The notes under the pieces are model-generated. The model was not told the origin of the DNA. It made no database searches and saw only the letters and a list, made by a program, of their open reading frames with translations. The translations under genes and the position numbers were made by a program. Shown here piece by piece: positions 1 through 19,363 of a stretch of 64,000 bases of DNA (within the stretch, counting starts at the first letter, position 1; each line of letters opens with the position of its first letter). This stretch comes from Escherichia coli O157:H7 (GTDB taxonomy: Bacteria > Pseudomonadota > Gammaproteobacteria > Enterobacterales > Enterobacteriaceae): NCBI RefSeq assembly GCF_013167455.1, contig NZ_CP038328.1. One strand, written 5' to 3'.

Positions 1-5935
<5,935 letters not shown>

Positions 5936-6264
5936 TACTTACCCGCAGAAATCTTTCTGCGGGTATTAAGTTACCTTCTTATAAATTAATACAGATTAAT
6001 CCTGGTTATTTGCTTTATTTATCACCAGTCATCCGGTATAGTTCTTCATAATCTCTGCAAAATCATGGTGTTGTAATATTCTCTCATCACTCTCCATCAA
6101 ATTTTCTTTTTTTCTCCATAATTGGCGCAAAAGTGTTTTTTACACTTTCATTGTTTTACCGTTGCTCTGATTAATTGACGCTAAAGTCAGTAAAGTTAAT
6201 CTCGTCAACACGGCACGCTACTTAAGAAAGCCGTAATAAATAACTGAAAGGAAGGATATAGAAT

Positions 6265-6750
6265 ATGCGTAAATTAACTGCACTGTTTGTTGCCTCTACC
6301 CTGGCTCTTGGCGCGGCTAACCTGGCCCATGCCGCAGACACCACTACCGCAGCACCGGCTGACGCGAAGCCGATGATGCACCACAAAGGCAAGTTCGGTC
6401 CGCATCAGGACATGATGTTCAAAGACCTGAACCTGACCGACGCGCAGAAACAGCAGATTCGCGAAATCATGAAAGGCCAGCGTGACCAGATGAAACGTCC
6501 GCCGCTGGAAGAACGTCGCGCAATGCATGACATCATTGCCAGCGATACCTTCGATAAAGCAAAAGCTGAAGCGCAGATCGCAAAAATGGAAGAACAGCGC
6601 AAAGCTAACATGCTGGCGCACATGGAAACCCAGAACAAAATTTACAACATCCTGACGCCGGAACAGAAAAAGCAATTTAATGCTAATTTTGAGAAGCGTC
6701 TGACAGAACGTCCAGCGGCAAAAGGTAAAATGCCTGCAACTGCTGAATAA
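6265..6750 (+). CDS. spy: periplasmic ATP-independent chaperone Spy (spheroplast protein Y)
   Basis: 161-aa ORF with signal peptide (MRKLTALFVASTLALGAANLAHA) and charged helical body; preceded by a 329-bp promoter region. Confidence 0.92.
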   Translation: MRKLTALFVASTLALGAANLAHAADTTTAAPADAKPMMHHKGKFGPHQDMMFKDLNLTDAQKQQIREIMKGQRDQMKRPPLEERRAMHDIIASDTFDKAKAEAQIAKMEEQRKANMLAHMETQNKIYNILTPEQKKQFNANFEKRLTERPAAKGKMPATAE

Positions 6751-6773
6751 TCTTTCAGCCAAAAAACTTAAGA

Positions 6774-6836
6774 CCGCCGGTCTTGTCCACTACCTTGCAG
6801 TAATGCGGTGGACAGGATCGGCGGTTTTCTTTTCTC
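6774..6836 (+). terminator. rho-independent terminator downstream of spy
   Basis: Long inverted repeat (ccgccggtcttgtccac ... gtggacaggatcggcgg) followed by a T-rich run ttttcttttctcttc. Confidence 0.55.
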
Positions 6837-6874
6837 TTCTCAAACAGTTGTAAAAAAAGCCTGATCACCACTAA

Positions 6875-8375
<1,501 letters not shown>

Positions 8376-8390
8376 TGTTGACTCCGAATG

Positions 8391-8406
8391 CTGGTTATCT
8401 ATCCAG
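8391..8406 (-). promoter_or_regulatory. putative non-canonical LexA box upstream of cho
   Basis: CTGGTTATCTATCCAG is a CTG-N10-CAG palindrome 16-31 bp upstream of the cho start; cho belongs to the SOS regulon. Confidence 0.4.
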
Positions 8407-8466
8407 TGTAACAGCCGGGAAGCGATTAAAAAAGAGGCGGGTCGATGACAAAGGTTACACCGTCTG

Positions 8467-8575
8467 ACGTGCTACGCCTGTCAGGCCTATTCGACTCCTG
8501 CAATGTATTGAATTTGCATAGTTTTGTAGGTCGAATAAGGCGTTCACGCCGCATCCGGCGTGAACAAATTACTCT
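8467..8575. repeat. REP/BIME-type palindromic unit(s) between cho and nadE
   Basis: GC-rich imperfect palindromes of the REP type (gcctgtcaggcctattcgac ... gtaggtcgaataaggcgttcacgccgcatccggcgtgaac). Confidence 0.6.
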
Positions 8576-8604
8576 TTTTTGCACAATCCAATAGGTGCAA
8601 ATTA

Positions 8605-9432
8605 TTACTTTTTCCAGAAATCATCGAAAACGGTAATTGGCGGACGGCGTTTATGTTCGGTTTTCAGATACCAGTTCTCTATTGTTCTGGCGACCTGTTG
8701 AGGTACGTTTTTCCCTTCCAGATAGTCGTCGATATTGTCATAGGTCACGCCGAGTGCCACTTCATCTGGCAGAGAAGGGCGATCATCTTCCAGATCGGCC
8801 GTTGGCGCTTTCTTATAAAGGTGTTCCGGGCAACCTAATGCTGCCAGTAACTGTTTACCCTGACGTTTGTTGAGACGATACAGTGGATTAATGTCCGTAC
8901 CGCCGTCACCATATTTAGTGAAGAATCCGGTAATGGCTTCTGCTGCATGATCGGTGCCCACCACGACACCGCTGGTCATACCCGCAATGCTATATTGTGC
9001 TTTCATCCGCTCACGCGCTTTTTCATTGCCACGGACAAAATCGCTCAGTTCAATGCATGCTTCCCGCAATGCCTGCTCGCTAGCCAATACCGCGCCCTTG
9101 ATATTAACGGTTAATACGCGATCCGGTTGAATAAAGGCAATGGCATCCTGGCAATCTTGTTCGTCGGCCTGAACACCATAGGGCAGGCGTACGGCAATAA
9201 ATTGCAGTGATTCGTTGCCGGTTTCCTGGCGCAGCTCATTAATCGCCATCTGGCACAGCTTACCGGCAAGCGTGGAGTCCTGACCGCCGCTGATCCCGAG
9301 CACCAGTGATTTAATGAACGGATAAGTTTGCAGGTAGCTTTTCAGAAAATCGACACTACGACGAATTTCCTCTTCAGCATTAATCTGCGGTTTTGCGCCC
9401 AGCGCCTTTATTATTTGTTGTTGCAATGTCAT
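8605..9432 (-). CDS. nadE: NH3-dependent NAD+ synthetase
   Basis: 275-aa ORF; N-type ATP-pyrophosphatase motif SGGQDS in translation. Confidence 0.92.
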   Translation of the reverse strand: MTLQQQIIKALGAKPQINAEEEIRRSVDFLKSYLQTYPFIKSLVLGISGGQDSTLAGKLCQMAINELRQETGNESLQFIAVRLPYGVQADEQDCQDAIAFIQPDRVLTVNIKGAVLASEQALREACIELSDFVRGNEKARERMKAQYSIAGMTSGVVVGTDHAAEAITGFFTKYGDGGTDINPLYRLNKRQGKQLLAALGCPEHLYKKAPTADLEDDRPSLPDEVALGVTYDNIDDYLEGKNVPQQVARTIENWYLKTEHKRRPPITVFDDFWKK

Positions 9433-9633
9433 TGAACCCCTCCAGACAGAAAAGACAAAACTTCCTTAAAGCTAACCCGTTGCTACTGAAACGACAAGCG
9501 ACAGCGGGCTGAATGGTGGTTAAAACGTCATACAGGAATCCTCTGAAAGCGGAGCCGTTTCGTTCATGGGCTTGAAAAAGCGCCCAATGTATTCCAGGCT
9601 TATCTAACACGCTGATAAACAATAGGACGGAAT

Positions 9634-9972
9634 ATGAACAAGAATATGGCAGGAATTCTGAGTGCAGCGGCGGTATTAACCATGCTGGCGGGTTGTACGG
9701 CTTATGATCGTACCAAAGACCAGTTTGTACAGCCTGTGGTGAAAGACGTCAAAAAAGGCATGAGCCGGGCGCAGGTTGCACAAATTGCGGGTAAACCTTC
9801 GTCTGAAGTGAGCATGATCCATGCTCGTGGTACTTGCCAGACCTACATCCTGGGTCAACGTGATGGTAAAGCAGAAACCTACTTTGTCGCGTTAGATGAT
9901 ACCGGACATGTCATCAACTCCGGTTATCAGACCTGTGCTGAATACGACACTGATCCACAGGCTGCGAAGTAA
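9634..9972 (+). CDS. osmE: osmotically inducible lipoprotein OsmE
   Basis: 112-aa ORF with lipoprotein signal (LAGC lipobox). Confidence 0.9.
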
Positions 9973-10004
9973 TCACTTCGTCTGAAAGCTTGAGTAACAA
10001 CGGA

Positions 10005-10031
10005 AACCGGCCATTGCGCCGGTTTTTTTTT
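10005..10031 (+). terminator. rho-independent terminator of osmE
   Basis: Stem aaccggc/gccggtt followed by a T9 run, 30 bp after the osmE stop. Confidence 0.6.
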
Positions 10032-10073
10032 GGCCTGAGTTCTTAATTATCTTCGCGAATTATTTGCCCGAAA

Positions 10074-10089
10074 TGTGAAGAGGGTCATA
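10074..10089 (+). promoter_or_regulatory. putative CRP (CAP) site in the chbB promoter region
   Basis: TGTGA-N6-TCATA, a 9/10 match to TGTGA-N6-TCACA, about 190 bp upstream of the chbB start. Confidence 0.4.
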
Positions 10090-10271
10090 ACCGCAGGTCA
10101 AGGAGAGACAATTTATAAGGTCAAAGAAATACTATTGCTCAGGTCTATACCGTATACTCCTTTCAGCCACAAAAAAAGTCATGTTGGTTTCGCAAGTTAC
10201 CCAGAGCATGGAAGCAGGTTAAGGCTTGCGGAGTGTCTGGCTGACAGATAATCGTCGATGAGGGCAGTTTT

Positions 10272-10592
10272 ATGGAAAAGAAACACATTTATCTGTTTTG
10301 TTCTGCGGGCATGTCTACCTCTTTACTGGTATCAAAAATGCGCGCACAGGCAGAAAAATATGAAGTTCCGGTCATTATTGAAGCATTTCCGGAAACACTG
10401 GCTGGTGAAAAAGGTCAGAATGCCGATGTCGTGTTATTAGGGCCGCAGATTGCTTATATGTTGCCCGAAATCCAGCGTTTGTTACCCAACAAACCGGTTG
10501 AAGTAATTGACTCGCTGCTTTATGGCAAAGTCGATGGTTTAGGCGTGCTTAAGGCTGCGGTTGCAGCGATTAAAAAAGCCGCAGCAAATTAA
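10272..10592 (+). CDS. chbB: PTS chitobiose-specific EIIB component
   Basis: 106-aa ORF; Cys-containing N-terminus ([14 protein letters not shown]) typical of lactose-family EIIB. Confidence 0.92.
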   Translation: MEKKHIYLFCSAGMSTSLLVSKMRAQAEKYEVPVIIEAFPETLAGEKGQNADVVLLGPQIAYMLPEIQRLLPNKPVEVIDSLLYGKVDGLGVLKAAVAAIKKAAAN

Positions 10593-10676
10593 TTTATTTT
10601 AAATTTTCCCGTCAAAGAGTTATTTCATAAATCAATACCGCAATATTTAAATTGCGGTTTTTAAGGGTATTTTTCT

Positions 10677-12035
10677 ATGAGTAATGTTATTGCATCGCTT
10701 GAAAAGGTACTCCTCCCTTTTGCAGTTAAAATAGGAAAGCAGCCACACGTTAATGCAATCAAAAATGGCTTTATTCGCTTAATGCCGTTAACCCTTGCGG
10801 GGGCCATGTTTGTATTAATTAACAACGTTTTTCTAAGCTTTGGGGAGGGGTCGTTTTTTTATTCCTTAGGTATTCGCCTCGACGCCTCAACCATTGAAAC
10901 ACTTAATGGTCTGAAAGGTATTGGCGGCAACGTATATAACGGAACATTAGGGATAATGTCTTTAATGGCACCGTTCTTTATTGGCATGGCGCTGGCAGAA
11001 GAGCGTAAAGTCGATGCGCTGGCGGCTGGGTTGTTATCCGTTGCAGCATTTATGACCGTCACCCCATATAGTGTCGGTGAGGCCTATGCGGTTGGCGCAA
11101 ACTGGTTAGGTGGGGCGAATATCATCTCCGGGATTATTATTGGCCTGGTGGTGGCAGAAATGTTTACCTTTATTGTCCGCCGCAATTGGGTCATTAAACT
11201 GCCCGACAGCGTACCTGCTTCAGTATCGCGTTCCTTCTCGGCATTAATTCCCGGCTTTATTATTCTTTCCGTGATGGGGATTATTGCCTGGGCGTTGAAT
11301 ACCTGGGGCACCAACTTCCATCAGATCATTATGGATACCATCTCAACCCCACTGGCATCGTTGGGTAGCGTGGTGGGCTGGGCCTATGTGATCTTTGTTC
11401 CACTGCTCTGGTTCTTCGGTATTCATGGCGCGCTGGCGCTGACCGCACTGGACAACGGCATTATGACGCCGTGGGCGCTGGAAAATATCGCGACCTATCA
11501 GCAATATGGTTCCGTCGAAGCGGCGCTGGCAGCCGGTAAGACCTTCCATATCTGGGCCAAGCCGATGCTGGACTCCTTTATTTTCCTTGGAGGCAGTGGT
11601 GCGACTTTAGGCCTGATCCTGGCTATCTTTATTGCCTCTCGCCGTGCTGATTATCGTCAGGTGGCAAAACTGGCGCTGCCGTCCGGCATCTTCCAGATTA
11701 ACGAACCGATTCTGTTTGGTCTGCCAATTATCATGAACCCGGTGATGTTTATCCCGTTTGTACTGGTACAACCGATTCTGGCGGCAATCACCCTGGCAGC
11801 GTACTACATGGGCATTATTCCTCCGGTGACCAATATTGCACCGTGGACCATGCCAACCGGTCTGGGAGCCTTCTTTAACACCAACGGTAGCGTCGTCGCA
11901 TTGCTGGTTGCACTCTTCAACCTTGGTATCGCAACGTTAATTTATCTGCCCTTTGTTGTGGTGGCTAACAAAGCACAAAATGCGATTGATAAAGAAGAGA
12001 GCGAAGAAGATATCGCTAACGCCCTGAAATTTTAA
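10677..12035 (+). CDS. chbC: PTS chitobiose-specific EIIC permease
   Basis: 452-aa polytopic membrane ORF. Confidence 0.92.
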   Translation: MSNVIASLEKVLLPFAVKIGKQPHVNAIKNGFIRLMPLTLAGAMFVLINNVFLSFGEGSFFYSLGIRLDASTIETLNGLKGIGGNVYNGTLGIMSLMAPFFIGMALAEERKVDALAAGLLSVAAFMTVTPYSVGEAYAVGANWLGGANIISGIIIGLVVAEMFTFIVRRNWVIKLPDSVPASVSRSFSALIPGFIILSVMGIIAWALNTWGTNFHQIIMDTISTPLASLGSVVGWAYVIFVPLLWFFGIHGALALTALDNGIMTPWALENIATYQQYGSVEAALAAGKTFHIWAKPMLDSFIFLGGSGATLGLILAIFIASRRADYRQVAKLALPSGIFQINEPILFGLPIIMNPVMFIPFVLVQPILAAITLAAYYMGIIPPVTNIAPWTMPTGLGAFFNTNGSVVALLVALFNLGIATLIYLPFVVVANKAQNAIDKEESEEDIANALKF

Positions 12036-12085
12036 TCGATGCCGGTACGGGTAATCGTGCCGGTAAGAAAAGAGAGGAACGATGT

Positions 12086-12436
12086 ATGATGGATCTCGAT
12101 AATATTCCCGATACGCAAACGGAAGCTGAAGAGCTGGAAGAAGTGGTGATGGGGCTTATCATCAACTCCGGACAAGCGCGCAGCCTGGCGTATGCCGCAC
12201 TGAAACAGGCGAAGCAGGGCGATTTTGCCGCAGCAAAAGCCATGATGGATCAGTCACGGATGGCATTGAATGAAGCGCATCTGGTACAGACGAAACTGAT
12301 TGAAGGCGATGCGGGCGAAGGTAAGATGAAAGTGAGTCTGGTGCTGGTCCACGCTCAGGATCATTTAATGACGTCCATGCTTGCGCGTGAACTGATTACT
12401 GAATTAATTGAGCTTCATGAAAAACTGAAGGCATAA
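12086..12436 (+). CDS. chbA: PTS chitobiose-specific EIIA component
   Basis: 116-aa ORF, lactose-family EIIA. Confidence 0.92.
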   Translation: MMDLDNIPDTQTEAEELEEVVMGLIINSGQARSLAYAALKQAKQGDFAAAKAMMDQSRMALNEAHLVQTKLIEGDAGEGKMKVSLVLVHAQDHLMTSMLARELITELIELHEKLKA

Positions 12437-12443
12437 GGAGTCG

Positions 12444-13286
12444 ATGATGCAGCCAGTGATTAACGCGCCGGAAATTGCCACTGCCCGAGAACAGCAGTTG
12501 TTTAATGGCAAAAACTTCCATGTGTTTATCTATAACAAAACTGAGAGTATCAGCGGACTGCATCAGCACGACTATTATGAATTTACTCTGGTATTAACCG
12601 GGCGTTATTTCCAGGAGATTAACGGTAAGCGCGTGTTACTGGAACGGGGCGATTTTGTTTTTATTCCGTTAGGTTCGCACCATCAAAGTTTTTATGAGTT
12701 TGGTGCCACGCGCATATTGAACGTTGGGATCAGTAAACGCTTTTTTGAGCAGCATTACCTGCCATTGTTGCCTTATTGCTTTGTAGCTTCGCAGGTATAC
12801 CGGACCAATAACGCTTTTCTCACCTATGTGGAAACAGTGATTTCTTCATTGAATTTCCGCGAAACAGGGCTGGAAGAGTTTGTTGAGATGGTTACTTTTT
12901 ATGTCATTAACCGTTTACGTCATTACCGCGAAGAACAGGTGATTGATGATGTACCGCAGTGGCTGAAAAGTACGGTAGAAAAGATGCATGATAAAGAGCA
13001 GTTTAGTGAATCGGCGCTGGAGAATATGGTGACGTTGTCAGCCAAATCACAGGAATATTTGACGCGGGCGACTCAACGATATTATGGCAAAACGCCAATG
13101 CAGATTATTAATGAAATCCGTATTAATTTTGCCAAAAAACAACTGGAAATGACCAACTATTCAGTGACGGATATTGCGTTTGAGGCCGGTTATAGTAGCC
13201 CGAGTTTGTTTATTAAAACGTTTAAGAAATTAACGTCCTTTACGCCTAAGAGCTATCGTAAGAAATTGACTGAATTTAATCAGTAA
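12444..13286 (+). CDS. chbR: AraC-family dual regulator of the chb operon
   Basis: 280-aa ORF with C-terminal AraC-type HTH. Confidence 0.9.
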   Translation: MMQPVINAPEIATAREQQLFNGKNFHVFIYNKTESISGLHQHDYYEFTLVLTGRYFQEINGKRVLLERGDFVFIPLGSHHQSFYEFGATRILNVGISKRFFEQHYLPLLPYCFVASQVYRTNNAFLTYVETVISSLNFRETGLEEFVEMVTFYVINRLRHYREEQVIDDVPQWLKSTVEKMHDKEQFSESALENMVTLSAKSQEYLTRATQRYYGKTPMQIINEIRINFAKKQLEMTNYSVTDIAFEAGYSSPSLFIKTFKKLTSFTPKSYRKKLTEFNQ

Positions 13287-13391
13287 GTCGTTATACCTGA
13301 CAATTCACATATCTGTCCTGTTGCTGGATTATTTATGTCCGGGGGGGGCAGATATGCCAGATATCAGTATTCTGTACTGAAGGGAGAAATT

Positions 13392-14744
13392 ATGAGCCAG
13401 AAATTAAAAGTCGTCACTATTGGTGGCGGGAGCAGCTATACCCCGGAGTTACTGGAAGGATTTATTAAGCGTTATCACGAATTGCCGGTCAGCGAATTAT
13501 GGCTGGTGGATGTCGAAGGTGGCAAAGCTAAACTGGATATTATTTTCGATCTCTGCCAACGGATGATTGATAACGCTGGCGTCCCGATGAAGCTTTATAA
13601 AACGCTGGATCGCCGCGAAGCATTGAAAGATGCTGATTTCGTTACTACCCAACTGCGCGTTGGCCAATTACCGGCGCGTGAACTGGATGAACGTATTCCA
13701 TTAAGTCATGGTTATCTTGGTCAGGAAACCAACGGCGCGGGCGGTCTGTTTAAAGGTCTGCGTACCATTCCGGTGATTTTTGACATCGTAAAAGATGTCG
13801 AAGAACTTTGTCCGAATGCATGGGTGATTAACTTCACTAACCCGGCGGGAATGGTCACTGAAGCCGTTTATCGTCATACCGGATTTAAACGCTTTATCGG
13901 CGTGTGTAATATTCCGATCGGCATGAAGATGTTTATTCGCGATGTTCTGATGCTGAAAGACAGCGATGATTTATCTATCGATCTGTTCGGCCTCAACCAT
14001 ATGGTGTTCATTAAGGATGTGCTGGTAAATGGCAAGTCGCGCTTTGCCGAATTGCTTGATGGTGTGGCATCCGGGCAGTTAAAAGCATCTGGCGTTAAAA
14101 ATATTTTCGATCTGCCATTTAGCGAAGGCTTAATTCGTTCTCTGAATCTGTTGCCGTGTTCTTATTTGCTTTATTACTTCAAGCAAAAAGAGATGCTGGC
14201 TATTGAAATGGGCGAATACTACAAAGGCGGCGCACGAGCGCAGGTAGTACAGAAAGTCGAGAAACAACTTTTTGAGCTGTATAAAAACCCGGAGTTGAAA
14301 GTTAAGCCGAAAGAACTGGAACAGCGCGGTGGGGCTTATTACTCTGATGCAGCGTGCGAAATGATCAACGCTATCTACAACGATAAGCAAGCAGAACATT
14401 ACGTTAATATCCCGCATCATGGGCATATTGATAATATTCCGGCAGACTGGGCGGTAGAAATGACCTGTACGCTGGGGCGCGATGGCGCGACGCCACATCC
14501 GCGCATTACGCATTTCGATGATAAAGTGATGGGGCTGATTCACACCATTAAAGGCTTCGAGATTGCTGCCAGCAACGCCGCACTTAGCGGAGAATTTAAC
14601 GATGTGTTACTGGCGCTAAACCTTAGTCCGTTGGTGCATTCCGATCGCGATGCTGAGCTGCTGGCACGCGAGATGATTCTGGCGCACGAGAAATGGCTGC
14701 CAAATTTTGCCGACTGCATCGCAGAGCTTAAAAAAGCACATTAA
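13392..14744 (+). CDS. chbF: phospho-chitobiase (family-4 6-phospho-beta-glucosidase, NAD/Mn-dependent)
   Basis: ORF-track frame 13335-14744; start placed at ATG 13392 (MSQKLKVVTIGGGSSYTPEL, Rossmann motif) giving 450 aa. Confidence 0.9.
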   Translation: MSQKLKVVTIGGGSSYTPELLEGFIKRYHELPVSELWLVDVEGGKAKLDIIFDLCQRMIDNAGVPMKLYKTLDRREALKDADFVTTQLRVGQLPARELDERIPLSHGYLGQETNGAGGLFKGLRTIPVIFDIVKDVEELCPNAWVINFTNPAGMVTEAVYRHTGFKRFIGVCNIPIGMKMFIRDVLMLKDSDDLSIDLFGLNHMVFIKDVLVNGKSRFAELLDGVASGQLKASGVKNIFDLPFSEGLIRSLNLLPCSYLLYYFKQKEMLAIEMGEYYKGGARAQVVQKVEKQLFELYKNPELKVKPKELEQRGGAYYSDAACEMINAIYNDKQAEHYVNIPHHGHIDNIPADWAVEMTCTLGRDGATPHPRITHFDDKVMGLIHTIKGFEIAASNAALSGEFNDVLLALNLSPLVHSDRDAELLAREMILAHEKWLPNFADCIAELKKAH

Positions 14745-15515
<771 letters not shown>

Positions 15516-15525
15516 GTAAGGTGGT

Positions 15526-15553
15526 AAGGTCACTCCCCAGGGGACGTGACCTT
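15526..15553. terminator. bidirectional hairpin between convergent chbG and katE
   Basis: Inverted repeat aaggtcactcccc / ggggacgtgacctt between the two stop codons. Confidence 0.45.
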
Positions 15554-15561
15554 ATCCATAT

Positions 15562-17823
15562 TTACGCCGGAATTTTGTCAATCTTAGGAATGCGTGACCA
15601 CACGCGGTGTGCTGCCATCAGCGTTAACAGTTCATCCATAAAACTACCGTCGGCGCTGTCAGCTTCCACAATCCCTTCTTCACCCTGGTCAGCGACCTTG
15701 ATTGTTGCTTTAAACTTGCGCGCGTCTCCCGCCAGCGCAATCGGTTTAAGGTGTTTGTAGGCTTCCATCAGGTAGTAGTTGGCATCGCCGTTGTCAGCGA
15801 TATCCGCGATATTGCCGCAAGGGACAATGACCGCATCGACCGTCAGCGAAGGCGCACCGGCAAAGGTAGCGGCTATAGGCAACACCGTACCGTCATCCGC
15901 AGTCACTTCACCCATTCGGGAGTAGAGCAGTTTGGCATGAACGCCTTTGGCCTTCAGCGCCTTGAGAATGGCCAGAAGGTCTGCCGATCTCACTTCATCA
16001 TTAAGTAAAATCGCTACCACGCGACCTTTCACATCACCGTCAGGAATGGCGTACAAACTTAAGGATGGATCCTTTTTCAGACCGTTGACGTCCGGAGGTG
16101 GGGTGATATTCAGCTGGTCGTCAGTCAGTTCGATACCGAGATTTTTCGCCACCGCCTGGGCCAGAGTGAGATCAATATGCGCCAGCTGGTCAACAACGCG
16201 CTCACGAATATACGGACGAACGACTTTGCTTAACTCAAAACTGAAACCATCGACAATATGGCGCTGCTCGAATGGCGTCTGACTTAGCCAGAACAGACGC
16301 GGATGGGAATAATATTCGCCAAAAGATGGACTGCGCTCGCGAACTTTATTTCCTTCCACGCGTTCCTGATATGATTCAAAACCGCCGCGTTTCGGTCCCG
16401 GCGGTGTTTCGCGCGGCCAGTTATCGTTGATCGAGTTCGGTTCGTAATTCGCCGGGTTAGTGTCGATCCCCATACGATGCATGCCGTCACGCTGGAAATT
16501 ATGGTAAGGGCAGGTTGGGCGGTTAATCGGAATCTCATGGAAATTCGGCCCACCAAGACGACTGATTTGTGTATCGGTATAGGAGAACAAACGTCCCTGC
16601 AACAGGGGATCGTTGGTGAAGTCCAGACCAGGAACAATATGACCTGGATGGAATGCTGCTTGTTCGTTTTCGGCAAAGAAGTTATCCGGATTGCGATTGA
16701 GCACCATTTTGCCGACACGCTGAACGGGCACCAGTTCTTCCGGGATAAGTTTAGTTGGATCGAGAAGATCGAAGTCGAACTTGAATTCATCTTCTTCAGG
16801 AATCAACTGGAAGCCCAGTTCGTATTCCGGAAAATCGCCTGCTTCAATGGCTTCCCACAACTCGCGGCGGTGGAAGTCCGGGTCACGTCCGGTTAGTTTT
16901 TGTGCTTCATCCCAAACGAGTGAGGCTTTACCTGCCAGTGGTTTCCAGTGGAAACGTACAAACGTTGCCTTCCCTTCGGCATTAATCAGGCGGAAGGTAT
17001 GAATACCAAAGCCTTCCATGGTGCGGTAACTGCGGGGGATGCCGCGATCCGACATCGCCCACATCACGTTGTGCAGAGTTTCAGGTTGCAGAGAAACATA
17101 ATCCCAGAAAGTATCGTGGGCGCTTTGCCCTTGTGGAATTGCCCAGTGTGGTTCTGGTTTTACCGCATGAACAAAATCGGGGAATTTATGCGCATCCTGG
17201 ATAAAGAAGATTGGCGTGTTATTGCCAACGAGGTCAAAAATACCCTCTTCAGTATAGAACTTGGTGGCAAAGCCACGGATATCACGCACGGTATCGGCAG
17301 AGCCAGCACCACCCTGAACGGTAGAGAACCTAACAAATACTGGGGTGATTTTGTTCGGATCTGAGAGGAAATCCGCTTTGGTGATATCGCTTAAGCTTTT
17401 ATATGGCTGGAAATAACCGTGAGCGGCTGATCCACGTGCATGAACAATACGTTCCGGGATGCGCTCATGGTCAAAGTGGGTGATTTTCTCGCGCAGAATA
17501 AAATCTTCCAGCAGCGTTGGACCACGGCTACCGGCACGCAGTGAGTTTTGATCGTCGGCGATGCGCACGCCCTGATTAGTGGTCAGCGCATAATTTTCAC
17601 TGCCTTTGCGTACGTCTTCCAGAGAATTAAGTTTTTCGTTACGCGTATCAGGGGCTTTCAGGCTCCCTGAGGCGGTAGGTTGTGCACCTGGCGGTGTTGG
17701 TTCAGCCGCTGGACGATGAGAGCCGTCCTCAGGTGCCAGTGAGTCCATCCCCGGTTTCGCTTCGCTGGAATCGTGTAGTGGTGACTGGTGCTGATGTGGG
17801 TTCTTTTCGTTTTGTTGCGACAT
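15562..17823 (-). CDS. katE: catalase HPII (large-subunit monofunctional catalase)
   Basis: 753-aa ORF; catalase core plus C-terminal flavodoxin-like extension. Confidence 0.93.
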   Translation of the reverse strand: MSQQNEKNPHQHQSPLHDSSEAKPGMDSLAPEDGSHRPAAEPTPPGAQPTASGSLKAPDTRNEKLNSLEDVRKGSENYALTTNQGVRIADDQNSLRAGSRGPTLLEDFILREKITHFDHERIPERIVHARGSAAHGYFQPYKSLSDITKADFLSDPNKITPVFVRFSTVQGGAGSADTVRDIRGFATKFYTEEGIFDLVGNNTPIFFIQDAHKFPDFVHAVKPEPHWAIPQGQSAHDTFWDYVSLQPETLHNVMWAMSDRGIPRSYRTMEGFGIHTFRLINAEGKATFVRFHWKPLAGKASLVWDEAQKLTGRDPDFHRRELWEAIEAGDFPEYELGFQLIPEEDEFKFDFDLLDPTKLIPEELVPVQRVGKMVLNRNPDNFFAENEQAAFHPGHIVPGLDFTNDPLLQGRLFSYTDTQISRLGGPNFHEIPINRPTCPYHNFQRDGMHRMGIDTNPANYEPNSINDNWPRETPPGPKRGGFESYQERVEGNKVRERSPSFGEYYSHPRLFWLSQTPFEQRHIVDGFSFELSKVVRPYIRERVVDQLAHIDLTLAQAVAKNLGIELTDDQLNITPPPDVNGLKKDPSLSLYAIPDGDVKGRVVAILLNDEVRSADLLAILKALKAKGVHAKLLYSRMGEVTADDGTVLPIAATFAGAPSLTVDAVIVPCGNIADIADNGDANYYLMEAYKHLKPIALAGDARKFKATIKVADQGEEGIVEADSADGSFMDELLTLMAAHRVWSRIPKIDKIPA

Positions 17824-18026
17824 TGAACTCGTCTCCTTAATTTATTACTGAAAGGGCCGCTGTTTTGGTCAAAAAACTCTCTAACTATAGACCACCAGCC
17901 AGACCCCGCTTCGGAGACTATTCTGGAAACGGTGTTATGAAATACACGCAAAGCGGGACGTACAGGGGCTAAATCGGCTAAACTACAGTTTTTCTGATTT
18001 TTAATATGCGTTTAGTGAAGCCAGTA

Positions 18027-18269
18027 ATGAAGAAACCGCTCCGCCAGCAAAACCGCCAGATTATTAGCTATGTCCCACGCACGGAACCCGCGCCGCCAGA
18101 ACATGCGATAAAGATGGATTCGTTTCGTGATGTCTGGATGCTGCGTGGCAAATATGTTGCGTTTGTACTGATGGGAGAGTCATTTCTGCGCTCACCGGCG
18201 TTTACTGTGCCTGAATCCGCCCAGCGTTGGGCAAATCAGATCCGCCAGGAAGGGGAAGTGACTGAGTAA
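18027..18269 (+). CDS. cedA: cell division modulator CedA
   Basis: ORF-track frame 18006-18269; start placed at internal ATG 18027 (MKKPLRQQN) giving 80 aa. Confidence 0.85.
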   Translation: MKKPLRQQNRQIISYVPRTEPAPPEHAIKMDSFRDVWMLRGKYVAFVLMGESFLRSPAFTVPESAQRWANQIRQEGEVTE

Positions 18270-18545
18270 AGATTACGTACCTCCCGGTTTTGCCGGGAGT
18301 TACATGGCCTGAAATTCTCTATTTCATTGCTACATTCATTCAAACCACCTGTAACAAAAAGCTGCCTTTGACGATCTATTGCTATAAATAAGTGATCTTT
18401 TTTCTTTAATTGTTTATTTATTTTAAAATGGTTAAGTTTTGCTAATCATGATGAGCTATTTTTGATAGTTCATCCTGTGGCGTCGCTCTTAAACTTATAT
18501 TGTAAATGACTTAGATTTAAATGAGATAATAATTTTGTTAACAAT

Positions 18546-19313
18546 ATGAGGCGGGAGATGTTTTCTACAAACTTAATACAGAGTAATTATGGTGATTTAA
18601 ATATTAAAAGCCTGGCTTTCGACTCTTTTAAAGAAAGGCTGCAGTCTACTATGACAGCACTCACTTTCTTTATATCAACGGGTCAATGTGACTGCGATGA
18701 AATAGCAGAATCAAACTTTAATTATATGATTGCCTATATGTCTAACATTAACTATGATGCCTCAAAGCCAGGAGCGCCAGCACTTAGTTTTGATACATAT
18801 CTGCAGGACAATGTTAAATATAGAGTAATAATTAATAATCTTTATGGTAGTGAAATTCGGATAAGAGGTATAAATAAAGATTTTATTGGAATGGATGTCA
18901 CTTCTGTATTTCGCCCAGAAAAAATGACCAATTTGATCAGTATAAAAAACAGGTTGGTTATTCACTATTTAAGGACTATATACTATGAACAATATTATAT
19001 ACATCCTGTCGGGAGCATTTTTGCTGCGATTCAAAAAAATGAGAGTCTCCTAAAGTTTCCTTCGATAATATCAATGCTTAATATCAATCTTCTTTTTAAT
19101 CCACTAAATCTTCCGGGAATGGGAAGTGGTATACTTGAAGATATTATGAGTATTCCAGATAGTTCACTTAGAAAACGTCTCGGGTATGAGGTTTTAAGCT
19201 TCTCGCTACAGGCACATTCATTGAGCCAGGAATGTATTGATAAGTTGGACATTTTTTCGCTGACGATCTGTTTAAATATGAGTCAGTATGCATCGCCGCG
19301 ATGGAACATTTAA
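18546..19313 (+). CDS. ydjO: uncharacterised protein YdjO (AT-rich orphan gene)
   Basis: 255-aa ORF in a markedly AT-rich block; an in-frame stop at 18522-18524 limits any N-terminal extension; no recognisable domain. Confidence 0.7.
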   Translation: MRREMFSTNLIQSNYGDLNIKSLAFDSFKERLQSTMTALTFFISTGQCDCDEIAESNFNYMIAYMSNINYDASKPGAPALSFDTYLQDNVKYRVIINNLYGSEIRIRGINKDFIGMDVTSVFRPEKMTNLISIKNRLVIHYLRTIYYEQYYIHPVGSIFAAIQKNESLLKFPSIISMLNINLLFNPLNLPGMGSGILEDIMSIPDSSLRKRLGYEVLSFSLQAHSLSQECIDKLDIFSLTICLNMSQYASPRWNI

Positions 19314-19363
19314 AAAGTAAGGCAACGGCCCCTTTACAAAACGGACCGTTGCCAGCATAAGAA

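Noticed and set aside
6181-6195. Possible CpxR tandem pentamer (CTAAA-N4-GTAAA) upstream of spy
   Set aside because: Spacing and first half-site do not match the GTAAA-N5-GTAAA consensus well enough to assert a site without a PWM score, although spy is a known Cpx/Bae target.
6274-6762. 162-aa ORF on the minus strand exactly mirroring spy
   Set aside because: Antisense shadow ORF of a highly expressed gene; cysteine-rich low-complexity translation with no start context.
10042-10068. NagC/Mlc-like operator (ttaattatcttcgcgaattattt) in the chbB promoter
   Set aside because: Suggestive AT-rich arms with a central TTCGCGAA, but I could not align it confidently to the NagC consensus from memory; left as unconfirmed.
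16284-17364. Several 130-170 aa ORFs on the plus strand and in alternative frames inside katE
   Set aside because: All lie within or antisense to the 753-aa catalase ORF and look like frame shadows.
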